Shown here: piece after piece, positions 38,365 to 51,357 of the stretch
Position numbering within the stretch: the first letter of the stretch is position 1
Layout of the letters: each line of letters starts with the position of its first letter
NCBI RefSeq assembly: GCF_006345805.1
Contig: NC_043010.1
Span: 40,982,001-41,046,000 of the forward strand
Source: Octopus sinensis
Lineage: Eukaryota
DNA length: 64,000 bases
Reading direction: 5' to 3'
Notes under the pieces: generated by a model
Databases searched by the model: none
The model's input: the letters and a program-made list of their open reading frames with translations, nothing else
What the model was told of the DNA's origin: nothing
Program-made: the position numbers and the translations under genes

Positions 38365-39149
38365 ATATATATAATGAAATAACACCAATTGTTACTAAAG
38401 TTTTACACCATTGTTAATCCGAGTTCACGTAACCGCATTTCGATACAACACAATTACAGGTTTGTGTTGTTATCTAGTCAAAATGAGGCTTATAGGTACG
38501 GAGATTCTAAAACTTTATAATTTAGCATTTAAAATACACAACAATTAACAAGGAATTTATATATAAAGGCTAAAAATGAAATAGACAGATTTCTAAAATC
38601 CCAACGTGTTACATGGCCTGGAAACAGGGCGAAAGTGGGAGTAGATAATAAAATGAAAAGATGAAAGAAAGAATACATGCTAATATATGAAGGGAGGAGG
38701 TGTAGTAAGAATTAGATATTCCACGTAGCTATGATATCAATAGGTAGACTAGATCTATGGAGAAGAATTGTGTTTATTAGAGGCGAGCGCAAATGCGAAT
38801 AAGTTAGAACAATGTAATTTATTATTTAAGTATTTGAATGTAGAGGTGAAAGACAAACAGAAAAGAAGCAAAAAGTAGAAAAAAGATGCATTTATATTGA
38901 GGAGTATGAAGCACTTACGAAAAAGGATAGATTTATTTCACATTTGTTTTTGTCATTATAGGAAAAAAAAGAACTCGATTTCGTCAACCGAATCATTGTG
39001 CAGATTTTCACTAGTTACTATTACTGTAGTCTCTTTTTTATTTAAGCACACATTAGTTTTTTTCCTTATACACACACACACACAGACACACACACAAACA
39101 CATCGGTATGTATATATATATATACCGATTTCGGTCATTGGATGGTTTA

Positions 39150-39450
39150 GTTGAACCAATCAACCCCAGTAATAATTCTTTTTAAGTTTAACCTCTTTAC
39201 TAAGCTACCAACTGAGGGAACGTAAACAAACCAACATTGGTGTCAAACAACGTCAGAACAAACGGAAAGTCGCACACATGTACATACATGTGTGTATATA
39301 TATATATATATATATTTATATTCGACGGGCTTCCACGCAGTGTCTGTCTACCAAATTTGCAAAAACATTAGTTCGTCCGAAATTATATCAGAAGACACCG
39401 AAAATGCCACGTAGTAAGACTGAACCAGAAACTAAATGGTTGCTAAGCCA
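39150..39450 (-). mobile_element. Diverged family A SINE in reverse orientation
   Basis: CGACGGGCTTCC...GTCTACCAAAT...GCCACGTAGTAAGACTGAACC is the reverse complement of the family A head. Confidence 0.65.
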
Positions 39451-39628
39451 GTATGCCTGAAGGTTCGTCAATATTGAGTACCTGCGATATTCAGCGTGAA
39501 ACCGGTAGTAACATTTTCAACAGTTATATGACACAACCAAAAATATTTTGCACAACGATATATAAATATATAACCACTTTATTACTGATATTGAGTATAC
39601 TTTTTCCGATTGAAGGAGAACTAACTCA

Positions 39629-39666
<38 letters not shown>

Positions 39667-40386
39667 CATATTCAAGCATCTCCAATTCTATTTCTTTTTT
39701 AACTTTCAAATAACACTCTAACTTCCGATTCCTGCAAAGTCGAATACATCCTCTCATTCTTTCCTCTTTCTTTCTCTCCTTCATTCATAAATAATTATTT
39801 TGCTAAGATATTTGATATTTCGCAAGTGTTTAAAAACTATAAGAAAACTGACTTCTTTCATAATACGAAATGAACGCCACGAAATCGGCCTCATATTACT
39901 ATTTCGATGTAGTTTTCATCTTTGGCACCCTCTATATACTATACGTCATCCTAGCTTCAGACGTTATGAAAAAGACAGTGGGGTATTCTTTGATAAAGGA
40001 CCTAGATTTAGAAAACAACTGATATTTAAAGCATTTAAAATTTGTCATTTGCACCCTCCTTATATGGAAATTTATAAACCTTTCACTAGACTTTGCCGCC
40101 GGTAGGTACTAGTCATATACAAAGGAAGTCGAGGTGCGAGCATGGATATGTATATATATGTATACTTCGCTTAAGCATTACGAGAATAATAACTTGGTAG
40201 AATTCAATATATGTATGCTTCGGAACGAAGTGTGAGCAGTAATAAGAAAATTGAGATGACAAAAATAAATGATTATCTAATGAAGTATCTATATATCCTG
40301 TAAATAATGATAATATTTTATAGGTTTAAAAGGTTTTAAGCGATCACCCTGTAATGACTGAAGAAAATAGTCTAATATACATATAT

Positions 40387-40790
40387 AGGCGCAGGAGTGG
40401 CTGTGTGGTAAGTAGCTTGCTAACCAACCACATGGTTCCGGGTTCAGTCCCACTGCGTGGCATCTTGGGCAAGTGTCTTCTGCTATAGCCCCAGGCCGAC
40501 CAATGCCTTGTGAGTGGATTTGGTAGACGGAAACTGAAAGAAGCCTGTCGTATATATGTATATATATATGTGTGTGTGTTTGTGTGTCTGTGTTTGTCCC
40601 CCTAGCATCGCTTAACAACCGATGCTGGTGTGTTTACGTCCCCGTTACTTAGCGGTTCGGCAAAAGAGACCGATAGAATAAGTTCTGGGCTTACAAAAGA
40701 ATAAGTCCCAGGGTCGATTTGCTCGACTAAAGGCGGTGCTCCAGCATGGCCGCAGTCGAATGACTGAAACAAGTAAAAGAGTAAAAGAGT
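40387..40790 (+). mobile_element. Full-length, well-preserved tRNA-derived SINE, family A
   Basis: Head GGCGCAGGAGTGGCTGTGTGGTAAG...GGTTCAGTCCC, central microsatellite, tail GGCGGTGCTCCAGCATGGCCGCAGTC...GTAAAAGAGTAAAAGAG. Confidence 0.9.
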
Positions 40791-40959
40791 ATATTAGACT
40801 CCATCAACAACTTCCACCCCATAAATAATCAAGAAATTTGCAACTCACATGTGTAGACGAGACCTCACAAGTTTCTATCCGACAATCTGATAAATCTGAT
40901 TCGAGCTGCCTCCTATTACATCGATTCACGAGTAAGAAATTTCTTGAATACTTGCAAAC

Positions 40960-41380
40960 AATAACAGAACCTGAAAGAAAAGACATTATTTTATTATTCA
41001 ATCCCAAATTTAATGTAAATGAAACCCCACAAACATCTAGAAACTCATTTAGATTTCGTTTGCAATATACACAACTTTTCAATAACAATGTGTTAGAAGA
41101 CATTTCCCAGATTTCATATTACGAGCTAAGTCATACACGTAGTCAAATCCTTACGTGATAAGTCAACATGTAATTGAAGAAAATCCCTTATATAACTCAA
41201 AAAGTTGGGTGGGTATAACTAGAACAAGCATAACACTTTCAGACGTTATAAAGAGAAAATGTGCAAGATTCGCCATGAACACTTTTAAGAGCCGATGCAA
41301 CCAACTAACACATTCAGATTGCTGTACTGACAGAACACCCACCTCTCTATCACAGTTAGTATGAAAACTAAAGAGACATA
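40960..41380 (+). mobile_element. Decayed Penelope-like element, linker and GIY-YIG region
   Basis: ERKDIILLFNPKFNVN resembles Penelope RKRxIIWFNPP, and TSLSQLV*KLKE resembles TxLSxxIWxLKE; several stops and frameshifts. Confidence 0.5.
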
Positions 41381-42535
41381 GGAATCAAATGTGCTTCAAT
41401 TTGATTGGCAGGAATCACGCTTACAGACCGGAATATAAAGTACAGAATTCATTTGAAACCAAATTATGCATGTGTCTATAATAAAACGTATATATTTAAA
41501 CATCATTTAAATACTAACTCAAGGTTTTGACAAGTATTAATCTTTAATATACCCAACCCTAGCTCCAGAGGAACTTAGGTTTTGAATTTGGCAATGATCA
41601 GTTCTTTTGTGTAACGTTTAACACTTCAGGAGACGTAAAAGAGCTCCGTATTAAGATTTACAGAGGAAACTCTCTGATATAAGGTCTTATGTATCACTTT
41701 TACTCTAGATCTGCTTTAACTATCCTTAACTTCATTGTATAACCTGACTTTTGGTAATAATTTTTAATATTGTTCGCTTTTCGGTGGTGATCCTGATTTT
41801 TATACGGGAAACATAAGGTGTATGTATTGTATGCCGGTGGATTTACTTTAGTGCATCTGTATGGCTGTATGGTTTTCTTTTTGTCAATTCGTTTATAAAA
41901 TATTCTTATTCTTATACCCAACTTCTGTCAAAGGGTTGATAAATGATTTACAGATGTATATTGTGCGTAAAAACAGAGACAGAAGAATTAATTTATCAAA
42001 TTTGAATGAAATGCAAATGCTGAGGCATCAGAATCGTATGCTTGTTGAAAAACAAAACAGGTCTATCCTATATACTAAAGACTCCCAGAAATGTGATGTA
42101 GTGTAATATCAATGACTGAAATAAGGTATATTGTCAGCGCATACAATTTCCTGTTTTACCACGAAGGTTTTTAAATAATTTAACTAGTTTAAATTTAAGC
42201 TGCGTTCTGTGTGAATATACAATATGCAAATTAGCGTAGGCATAACATCTAAGCTAAATAGCGACTCAATAAGTTCTCTTCGTCTTTAGAAAAATGAGAA
42301 GGCATTTTTTTAATGAAAAATAATATCAACAAAAGACTAAATATGCCAGGAAAATATTTTTCTGCTCTGTGTAAAATCTATTTACTTTCGCTCGGAGTTT
42401 CATTGCCCGGGCTTTCAGAGCAGTAGTTTACTTTAAATATATACAATATGTAAATATATACACAGATAAGTGAATAGATGAATATACTTATACATGTGTA
42501 TATAAATATCTATACGCATAAACATGTATTTATGC

Positions 42536-42612
<77 letters not shown>

Positions 42613-43859
42613 GTATATATGCGTGTGTATATATACGCACACATGCATATATATATATAAACATAATTACGTGGGTGTGTATATGCGTTTGTGTGTAATC
42701 ATATTCCTTCGCTCACACTCACTGAAGCAATTGCTGACGAGTCCTATGTTCACAGAGCCTGGGTTATGCATGTGTTTGTGCGTGTGCCTACATCTCAGAA
42801 TTTAACAGAATATTGCACATGGTGTTGTGGAATTGGAATGGTCGTCATGTCCCGCAAGTACTATTGGCTTTAGAGGCACACTAATGACGCTAATTCAAAT
42901 ATTATTTCAAATTTAAGTTAACGAGCCAGAGAAACATCATTCGTTTGTGACTGACTCGTTCATAGGGGGGAAAATGTTTCTCTCGTGAAACATTGCTATC
43001 AAGATGTTTGCTATCTCTTCTGCTTACAAACAAAACTACACGCTACATTAAACAAGTTACAACATCTTGTTGGATTTTTTTTAACTCACCGATTACGTCA
43101 TCGTTTTCAAGTAATGCAACTGATAATTCAGTTTTGCGGTGCTGTGTTCATAACTGAATTCAATGCGCTACGTTTCCTGACGAAACATTTACGTTATCGT
43201 AAGACAGTAAGATAAATATGACGTGGTCGTTGAAGGTACTATTTCTAGTAACCAAATTCTCCTCAAAACTAACTGTACCTTTTAAAAAAAAAGAGCGCAT
43301 TAGGTTATCTGTATCTAGATACACTGTGTTTAAAATAAAAGCTGGAACACTTTTGTTAAGGCAAAATAGCAACAACGTAACCCATATCGACATCACGCCA
43401 ATTTTTTCAGTTCTGTTACTGCTTACGACTGCATGCAGAAATGACGTCATATTGCCTCCTACATTTTTATAGCTAAATTGACCTGATTATTTAAGAGTTC
43501 ATTTGTGTGTGTGTTTGTTTTGTGAGTGTATGGTTTTGTGTGTGTGTATGGTTTTGTGCGCGTGTATGGTTTTGTGAGTGTGTGACTGCACGCGCGACAA
43601 ACCACATAAACATGGCAGTTTATTGACCATCAACGTGAAATCAAGTAGAACTATACAATTCCACCAAGCAATCCAAAGGTGAAATGTCAATATGGACGCT
43701 CTATCTATTAACAAAATAATAAAGAGCAACCAAATGTTTCACTAATACATGTTCTGGTCTTTCATATGGAATGGATACATTGGATAATGTCATCCAAGAA
43801 ATATTCTTAAAATAACGGAACAGTCATGGATGTAATATTTTAGATTATAGATCATGGAG

Positions 43860-44040
43860 GAACTCGACAGTCCCGCCATCTGCTAGAAATAGCAACCAAA
43901 TTACCCACAAATTACAGGTCCTTGCTTCATAGGACGCATTGGATAATGCAATCCTAGGCATTCCTAAAATGACGCGATGGTCAATAATAGAATGCCTTTG
44001 ATCATAAGTCTGCCTAACTAGAGCTAACCTGAGGCTGACA
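43860..44040 (+). mobile_element. Interspersed repeat family D (also in reverse at about 2340-2700)
   Basis: TGCTAGAAATAGCA...CATTGGATAATG...GAATGCCTTTGATCA; reverse-complement motifs TGATCAAAGGCGTTCC and TGCTATTTCTAG occur at 2340-2700. Confidence 0.45.
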
Positions 44041-44299
44041 AACGGTCACACCCTAGAAGGAATCATCCTTCCCACTACAGTAAGACCTCAACGTAGCACT
44101 GAAACTGCAAAAAAAAAAGACATCAGTCAATTGAATAGAATCCTCTGCTGAATCAACGAAAATTTCTTCAAAGTGGCGTGGACTAAATTTTATTTAGTAA
44201 ATTCTTGTCCGTTGGTCGAGTGTTTCACCGGTGATACAAAACTAACTGATAACTTCTCCAATAGTTATCCTGAAATTTAACTAATAGCTCCTTATTTAC

Positions 44300-44428
44300 A
44301 TTTGACATATTTGTCCTCATCTTGTTTGTTGTTAACACAGCGTTTCGGCTGATATACCCTACAGCCTTCATCAGGTGTCTTGGGGAAATTTCGACGCTGG
44401 GTTCTCATTCTTAAGGTATTTTTCGATG

Positions 44429-44470
<42 letters not shown>

Positions 44471-44541
44471 TCACTGCCTGAAATCGAACTCGGAATCTTG
44501 GGGTTAGTAGCCCGCACTCTTAACCACTACGCCATATGCCC
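44300..44541 (-). mobile_element. SINE with tRNA-like head, internal (AAT)n and a 3' Penelope-type hammerhead motif
   Basis: Head GGGCATATGGCGTAGTGGTTAAGAGTGCGGGCTACTAACCCCAAGATTCCGAGTTCGATTTCAGGCAGTGACC (A and B boxes); (AAT)n at about 44428-44466; motif GACAC-CTGATGA-A-GGCTG(TAGGGTATAT)CAGCC-GAAA-CGCT-GTGTT at 44379-44334. Confidence 0.75.
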
Positions 44542-44716
44542 TTGGAATGAGATAATAACCGTTAAGTTTCTCAATTTCATTTAAAGGTTATATACGAGTG
44601 TTTTAACTGTCACGTTTAAATGCTAAGTTGAATGTTTCGTGTGTGGACCAATTGTTATTTATACAGTTACAATTATTCATCTATTTCGTTTGACAGTTAT
44701 ATTCAAAGGGTGCGTC

Positions 44717-44874
44717 TTAACCCTTTGAACCCGCGAGAACACTTTAGCGGACGCGATTTCGTTTGATTATACTCCTGGAAAACGCAAAAGCGAGAAGCGC
44801 TCCATGTTTCTGCCAGTTAGCGTGCCGCAAACATAAAAACGTGTGACGTTCCGCTTTAGCGATCAAAGAATTAA
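44717..44874. mobile_element. Possible short piggyBac-type MITE
   Basis: TTAA|CCCTTTGA at the left end and TCAAAGAA|TTAA at the right end; the TIR match is short and imperfect. Confidence 0.4.
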
Positions 44875-45779
44875 CTGTTCCGCACAATTGTTACGTTTGT
44901 CAGCAGTGCACAATTGTTGCGTACAATTGTTGCACACGACTATTATGCTGGACAACTGCACGCAGTTGTGTTTTGCTGTTGACTTTTAACTATAAAAATA
45001 GCTGTTACATATAAGATTTTCCCTTCTATAAATCAGTAAGCACTAATCACATATTAATGAATAAGTCGGATCGTGAAAACTCAAATAACGTAGTCAGTTG
45101 TATAATAATAGACAACTCGTTAAAGAAGCAGGCTGTGACGATATGAAACCATAGGGCAAGAGTTCTTTCGTTCCAGTTGACTTAAACCATTAATATCACA
45201 GGGAAATGAGTTTCACGACTTAATCTATCACTTCTGTAAGTGTATAAGAAATAGCTGAGGGCATATGGACTCTGATATAGGTTTAGCCGACCAGATGGCC
45301 ATCAGTTTTTTTTTTATCTTTTTAGTATTTATGTTATAAGTCCCTGAAGGAGGAAAGGTAAGGAGTGCCTATGATTTGATATTAAAAAGGAAAGAGACAA
45401 AAACGAATTATTTTGTCTGACATTTATCAATTTTTTCATGTGTGTGTATTTATTCTGTCAAAATTTGAGTCTGCTAAGAGTTTCTTCCCGAGAGCTAGGT
45501 TGTTCCACCATATAAAATATATTCAGTCGGCAACTCAGACTACGATATATATTTAAAGAATGAGAAAATGGAAAGATAATAAAATTATTTATAAATTATA
45601 AAATATGACAACATCTCTGACAGCTGTTTCGATTGAGAAATTTTTAGATAATTAATTTATAAAATTGAAATCATTATAAGATAAATATCTTCAGAGGTAC
45701 TAAGGATATACTGATTAGAAATACATGCTGAGGTAACGACTAAGAAACCGTTAACGGTTTCTCCTTAGTCTTTAAATTA

Positions 45780-45827
<48 letters not shown>

Positions 45828-45917
45828 CCACGGTTTATATGGTTTCTATAGATTGGTAACTAACCAATATTTTCATTGGATTTATGATCCCTTAATGAGG
45901 TTTATTGCCTTTACTTG

Positions 45918-45958
<41 letters not shown>

Positions 45959-47269
45959 ACAGACAGTGGGGGATGACAGGAAGACAGCCGAAAACATGTA
46001 GTAATACAAAAACCTGGCGAACTTCGAAGACTGTGTAGTAAGATACTTAAAAAATGTGAGTGTCGTGGTTCCGAAGCCACTGGTCTCGGTGCGGTTATTT
46101 CAGAAAACAGTACAAAAACCACCAGCCCTTAGCAGATTTAAAAGATATTTTGTACAAAATCAAATGCAAATTATTCCTATTTATTTAACCGAGTGATGAA
46201 GAACGAGCAATAGACTCCTTGGCATATCGATTCTCCGACCCGGTTTCGATTCAAGACTGAAGGCATTTCATTTCACTTCTATTGTTCATGTTTCTTGTGA
46301 AAAGTATGAATGCTACATTTTTATCGCTGTATTCTTTCTCCTCCCTCCCTCCCTCTCTTCTGTGCACTGAACGATGTTACCATAAACAGAAGTGTGATGG
46401 TAAACTAACGAGAATGGTTTTCTAATTACATTTCAAATACAAACATTTCGCTTTGATTAATGTCACTAGTTTTTAACCGCTTTCTTAAAACCATTTCCTC
46501 ATTTTTCAGTCTAGAACAATCCTTAACCACGCTGTCAACATATGCAGCATTGTGCAAATTAAGGCGGTTGTATTTCTGTTCGATGTTTGTATTACAAAAA
46601 AAAAATAAATAAATTACAACTCTATAGTCAAAAAGATTATTAACCGATGTCAAGTGATGTAGTAATTAAAAACAACACTAAAACAACACTAAAAATATTT
46701 CAGGTCTTTATGGACAGAGAAAAATAACGAGACTTAAAATGAACTTACTGAAAACAGTTGTAAATTTACCTTCAAACTCTCTCTCACACACAATATATAT
46801 ACATTACATTATATATATATATATATTATATATCAGACCCTTTTTCGGATGTCAGCATCCCGCTATTCTTGTTCATACGATCATACCTAGAATACTATCT
46901 CCCCATATCAAACGAAGCACTGAACCCCAGAAAAGTAAATACAAAAAAATGGCATGTTTTGATTGTTGGAACCGAAATTAAAATATTGAAAGTATTCTCT
47001 CCAACGTCACGGTGAGTGCTATATCATTTGTACAACGTGAAGAATATACCACAAACATTGACCAAAATACCTTGACATCATGTTTACAATTCATCCTAGC
47101 CTGAGACTCCGTGCCACGTGACCCCTACATAAATCAAACTCACGACACATAGTCACAGACTTGTGATGAAAAAATAACATATGGTAATGAGATTGTATGC
47201 TGTGGGCTTGATTCTGTAGGAGGAATATTATAGTAATACTGCTTCAATTTTTTGCACAAGGCCAGCAAT

Positions 47270-47445
47270 TACGAGAGAAGTATTACGTCAATTGAATCAA
47301 CCCAGTGTACTGATTTAATCTACCTTGAAAGGGACGAAGGGCAAAGTCGACCTCAGCGGAATTTGAACTCAAAATGTAAAGACGGACGAAATGCTGCTAA
47401 GCATTTTGCCTAGCCCGCTCGCGATTCTACCAGTTCGCCGCCTTG
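47270..47445 (-). mobile_element. Family B SINE in reverse orientation
   Basis: GGCAAAGTCGACCTCAGCGGAATTTGAACTCA...AAGCATTTTG is the reverse complement of the family B core. Confidence 0.75.
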
Positions 47446-49004
47446 TGATACTATTTAACATTATCCCAAAACAAATGAAAGAATAAAAAAGATCCCGAAA
47501 CCTTCAAATGATACTTGGATAATTTTTTTAAAAATACCAGTCAAACCACATATTCCTCCATAAATCTCAGTCAACAAAAATTCCATTCATGAATGAACTA
47601 TGATACCACAAAACACGACTTAAAAATTAAAAGATTTTATCAACTGGTTCTGTTATGCCCGATATAGCCTGGGCCAACTTTCACAGAAACATGAGTTCAT
47701 TTATATATATATATATCAAAACAGGAGATTGAAAAACATTTTTAGTGTTATTTATTCATCATTACACGTGTTTCATTTGCTAATAGGTGTTACAAAATTG
47801 TACATATAAGAGGAAACGTCCTATATGTAAGATGCCTCCTATTAAAAGTGTCTCAGACAGAATCAGATATGTGCTTCAAGAGGACACGGCTGGGATTATA
47901 ACCCCATCTACATACTAAGACAAACACACTCACACATATATATACAGGCACGCACACACACACACACTTTTTGTTACAAATGATGAAATATTACTCATAA
48001 TAGGATATAGCCTCGAGAGGGCTGATGTTTCGCTTCGACACTTCGTTGTTTTTCGCAACGTGCGGTTGATCAGGCAACGAGATGAACCTTGATATTAAAC
48101 GATCGGCCGAAAGTGACAGAAACTTTCCGAATAGTCAGTGCGTCTATCCTCAACGGTCCTAATGTGTGTGTGTGTGTTGCATTGTATTTAATGGAAACTT
48201 ATTCGGTAAACATTGGTGAGTTATTTCGTAGAAAAAAAAACAGTTCTATAATCCTTCCCTTCTGCCGGGCGAGAAGAGTATTTGATGATTTTTGATACAA
48301 AACCTAATTTATTTCATTCTCTTTCTTTATGCAGTCGAAAATGGAAACGGAAAAGACAGAGGACATCTTATGTCCTCCTTCCATTTTCACTCACTCATAT
48401 TCACTCTCTCTCTCTCTCAAAAACGAATGAGCATTTTCAAATATAACGAAAGAAACTGTCTTTAATCCTGGTGTCAAAACAGCCAAATATTGAAGCAACC
48501 ATATCATTTCTTCTTTAATCACTTTTAACGCAAGTCATGAATATCAAATCATTCCGTTACACTTTCTCGTTACACACACACACTTTCAGTATCAAAAGTA
48601 CCAAATATATCTTATTTAGACTGAAATCATAACATTCAGAGTTTGTGTGTGCGCGTGTGTGTGTGTGTGTGTAGTCAAGAGGTCTTGAGTTTGATAACAG
48701 TACGTTGAATAAATGTCTTCTACGTTAGCCTTGTATCATTCAAAATATTTCAGAGTAAAGTGAGTTACCAGAAGCTGATTGGAAGCCCACCTAAACAGGT
48801 TACACCTGTAAGTCAAAAGTCATAAAAACTGTCATTCGAAAGTGATACAACACCTCTTCTCACTAGAGATTTAGTTAAAAATACAAGTGTACTGTGGAAC
48901 ACTAAACCTACACTAAGTGTCAATGAGTTTGGAGTTGTGTTAATAAAATAACAGGAACACACATTCGTCGAAACGGAGGCCAGAAATCTGTCATAATGTA
49001 TATA

Positions 49005-49610
49005 CGTATGTATGTATGTACATATGTTTAAATGTGTGTATATGCGCTTACGTATATATCTACTTGTATACGTTTATACTTAAGCAGGTATGTATGTACG
49101 AATTATGTATGTACGTACGTATAATTATGCATGTACATATGTGAGTACGTACGAAGGTGTGTATAATATATATACGAAGGTGTGTATAATACATACGAAG
49201 GTATGTATAATACATACGAAGGTATGTATAATACATACGAAGGTATATGTCGTAATGTAGATACGTATGTATGTACATATGTTTAAATGTGTGTATATGC
49301 ACTTACGTATATATCTACTTGTATACGTTTATACGTAAGCAGGTATGTGTGCACGAATTATGTATGTACGTACGTATAGTTATACATGTGCATATGTGTG
49401 TACGTACGAAGGTGTGTATAATACATACGAAGGTATATGTCGTAATGTAGATACGTATGTATGTACATATGTTTAAATGTGTGTATACGCACTTTATGTG
49501 TGCACGAATTATGTATGTATGCATGTACGTACGTATAATTATGCATGTACATATGTGTGTGCGTACGAAGGTGTATATAATACATACGAAGATATATGTG
49601 CGTACGTTTA
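49005..49610. repeat. Nested tandem repeat: three roughly 170-260-bp units, each containing a 21-bp TACGAAGGTATGTATAATACA sub-repeat
   Basis: The GTACATATGTTTAAATGTGTGTATA anchor recurs three times; the inner unit is present 5, 2 and 2 times. Confidence 0.85.
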
Positions 49611-50238
49611 TATATACATATATTTATTTATACGTATGTATATAAGAATATACATAAGTATGCATGTTTGTTCGTCTATGGGTATGTACGTATATACGAA
49701 TACTCATCGACAAAGATACTACAAATACAAGATGGATTATACCTATAATACATTGTAAAAATATTGTCATTCAGATGTTATATAGATTATCCGCGGGGAT
49801 TTGCATTAAAGACGGATGTGTAAATTTTATAACAGCCAAAAGAACTGTAATACTTTTTTTGACAGTCCCACTGATCAAACAAGGGGAATATAAATTTGTT
49901 GATATCAATACGAAATACATCATCAAGTGTGCATGAATGTGTGTGTGTGTGCACGCTGAATGATAAGCCTTCCTGCCAAATCAATACAGAGCGAAGCTAT
50001 AAACGAGCGTGTACATTGTATGTTGTGTATTAAAAAATAATCGATTATTTTCACGTTTTACCATTTGATATGAAATCATTTTGTTTCCTTTTAGTTACGA
50101 TAAGAAATAAAAATGTTTAATTTTTATCTTTTTTTAAATTTTTTTTGTAAATAAACTACCAAATAAAACAAAAAATACATACATTCGTGCATAACAGTAT
50201 ATATTTGCACACAAATGTGCGTATATATATTACTTATT

Positions 50239-50284
<46 letters not shown>

Positions 50285-50670
50285 TATAGACATCTACATA
50301 TATACATCTACATATATATACAAATGCATATATCTACATATGCATATATCTACATACATATACATCTACATATATATACATATGCATATATCTACATATA
50401 TATATACATATGCATATATCTACATACATATATATATGCATCTACATATATATACATATGCATGCATCTACATATATATATATACATATGCATATATCTA
50501 CATATATATACATATGCATGCATCTACATATATATATACATATGCATATATCTACATACATATACATATGCATGCATCTACATATATATACATATGCATG
50601 CATCTACATATATATATACATATACATATATCTACATACATATATACATATGCATATATCTACATACATA
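50285..50670. repeat. Degenerate minisatellite built on CATCTACATATATATACATATG
   Basis: Direct reading. Confidence 0.8.
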
Positions 50671-51211
50671 TATATATATATATATAATATATATACATAT
50701 ATATACTTACACATATATGTACATAAACATAGATATGTGTGAGTATGTATATATACATTTGTGAGTGTATGTATATATACATTTGTGTGTGTGTGTGTAT
50801 GCATATATATTAGTTGTTGCTGCTGTTATTGATTTTCAAGACATTTTTCTTATTACTATTTACCTTTTTTTCCTTTGTATTTTGATAGATCTGTTAAATA
50901 TATATACATATAATACAGTGTTACAAAATATATGCAGATATACCAAAACACATGCATACATCTACACACACATACACACAATAATGTAAATGTATATAAC
51001 TATACACATATTTATACACATGATATATATGTATATGATTAATGCGTGTATATAAATATATATATATACATACACACACATTCATATGGCTGCATTTGTA
51101 TAAAAACATATACATAGCTTTATTTGTGCGTGTAAAACATTTACAGATAGATAGGTTTGCTATAATCTGAAATTTATATATATATATACATACATATATA
51201 TATATATATAG

Positions 51212-51264
<53 letters not shown>

Positions 51265-51318
51265 AAGATACACAAAAATAATACAAACGGATATATTTAT
51301 AACACAAATACACACTAT

Positions 51319-51357
<39 letters not shown>

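Noticed and set aside
44469-44541. Functional tRNA gene (likewise the other tRNA-like heads)
   Set aside because: The acceptor and T stems do not pair properly, and the sequence continues into repeat bodies; these are SINE heads.
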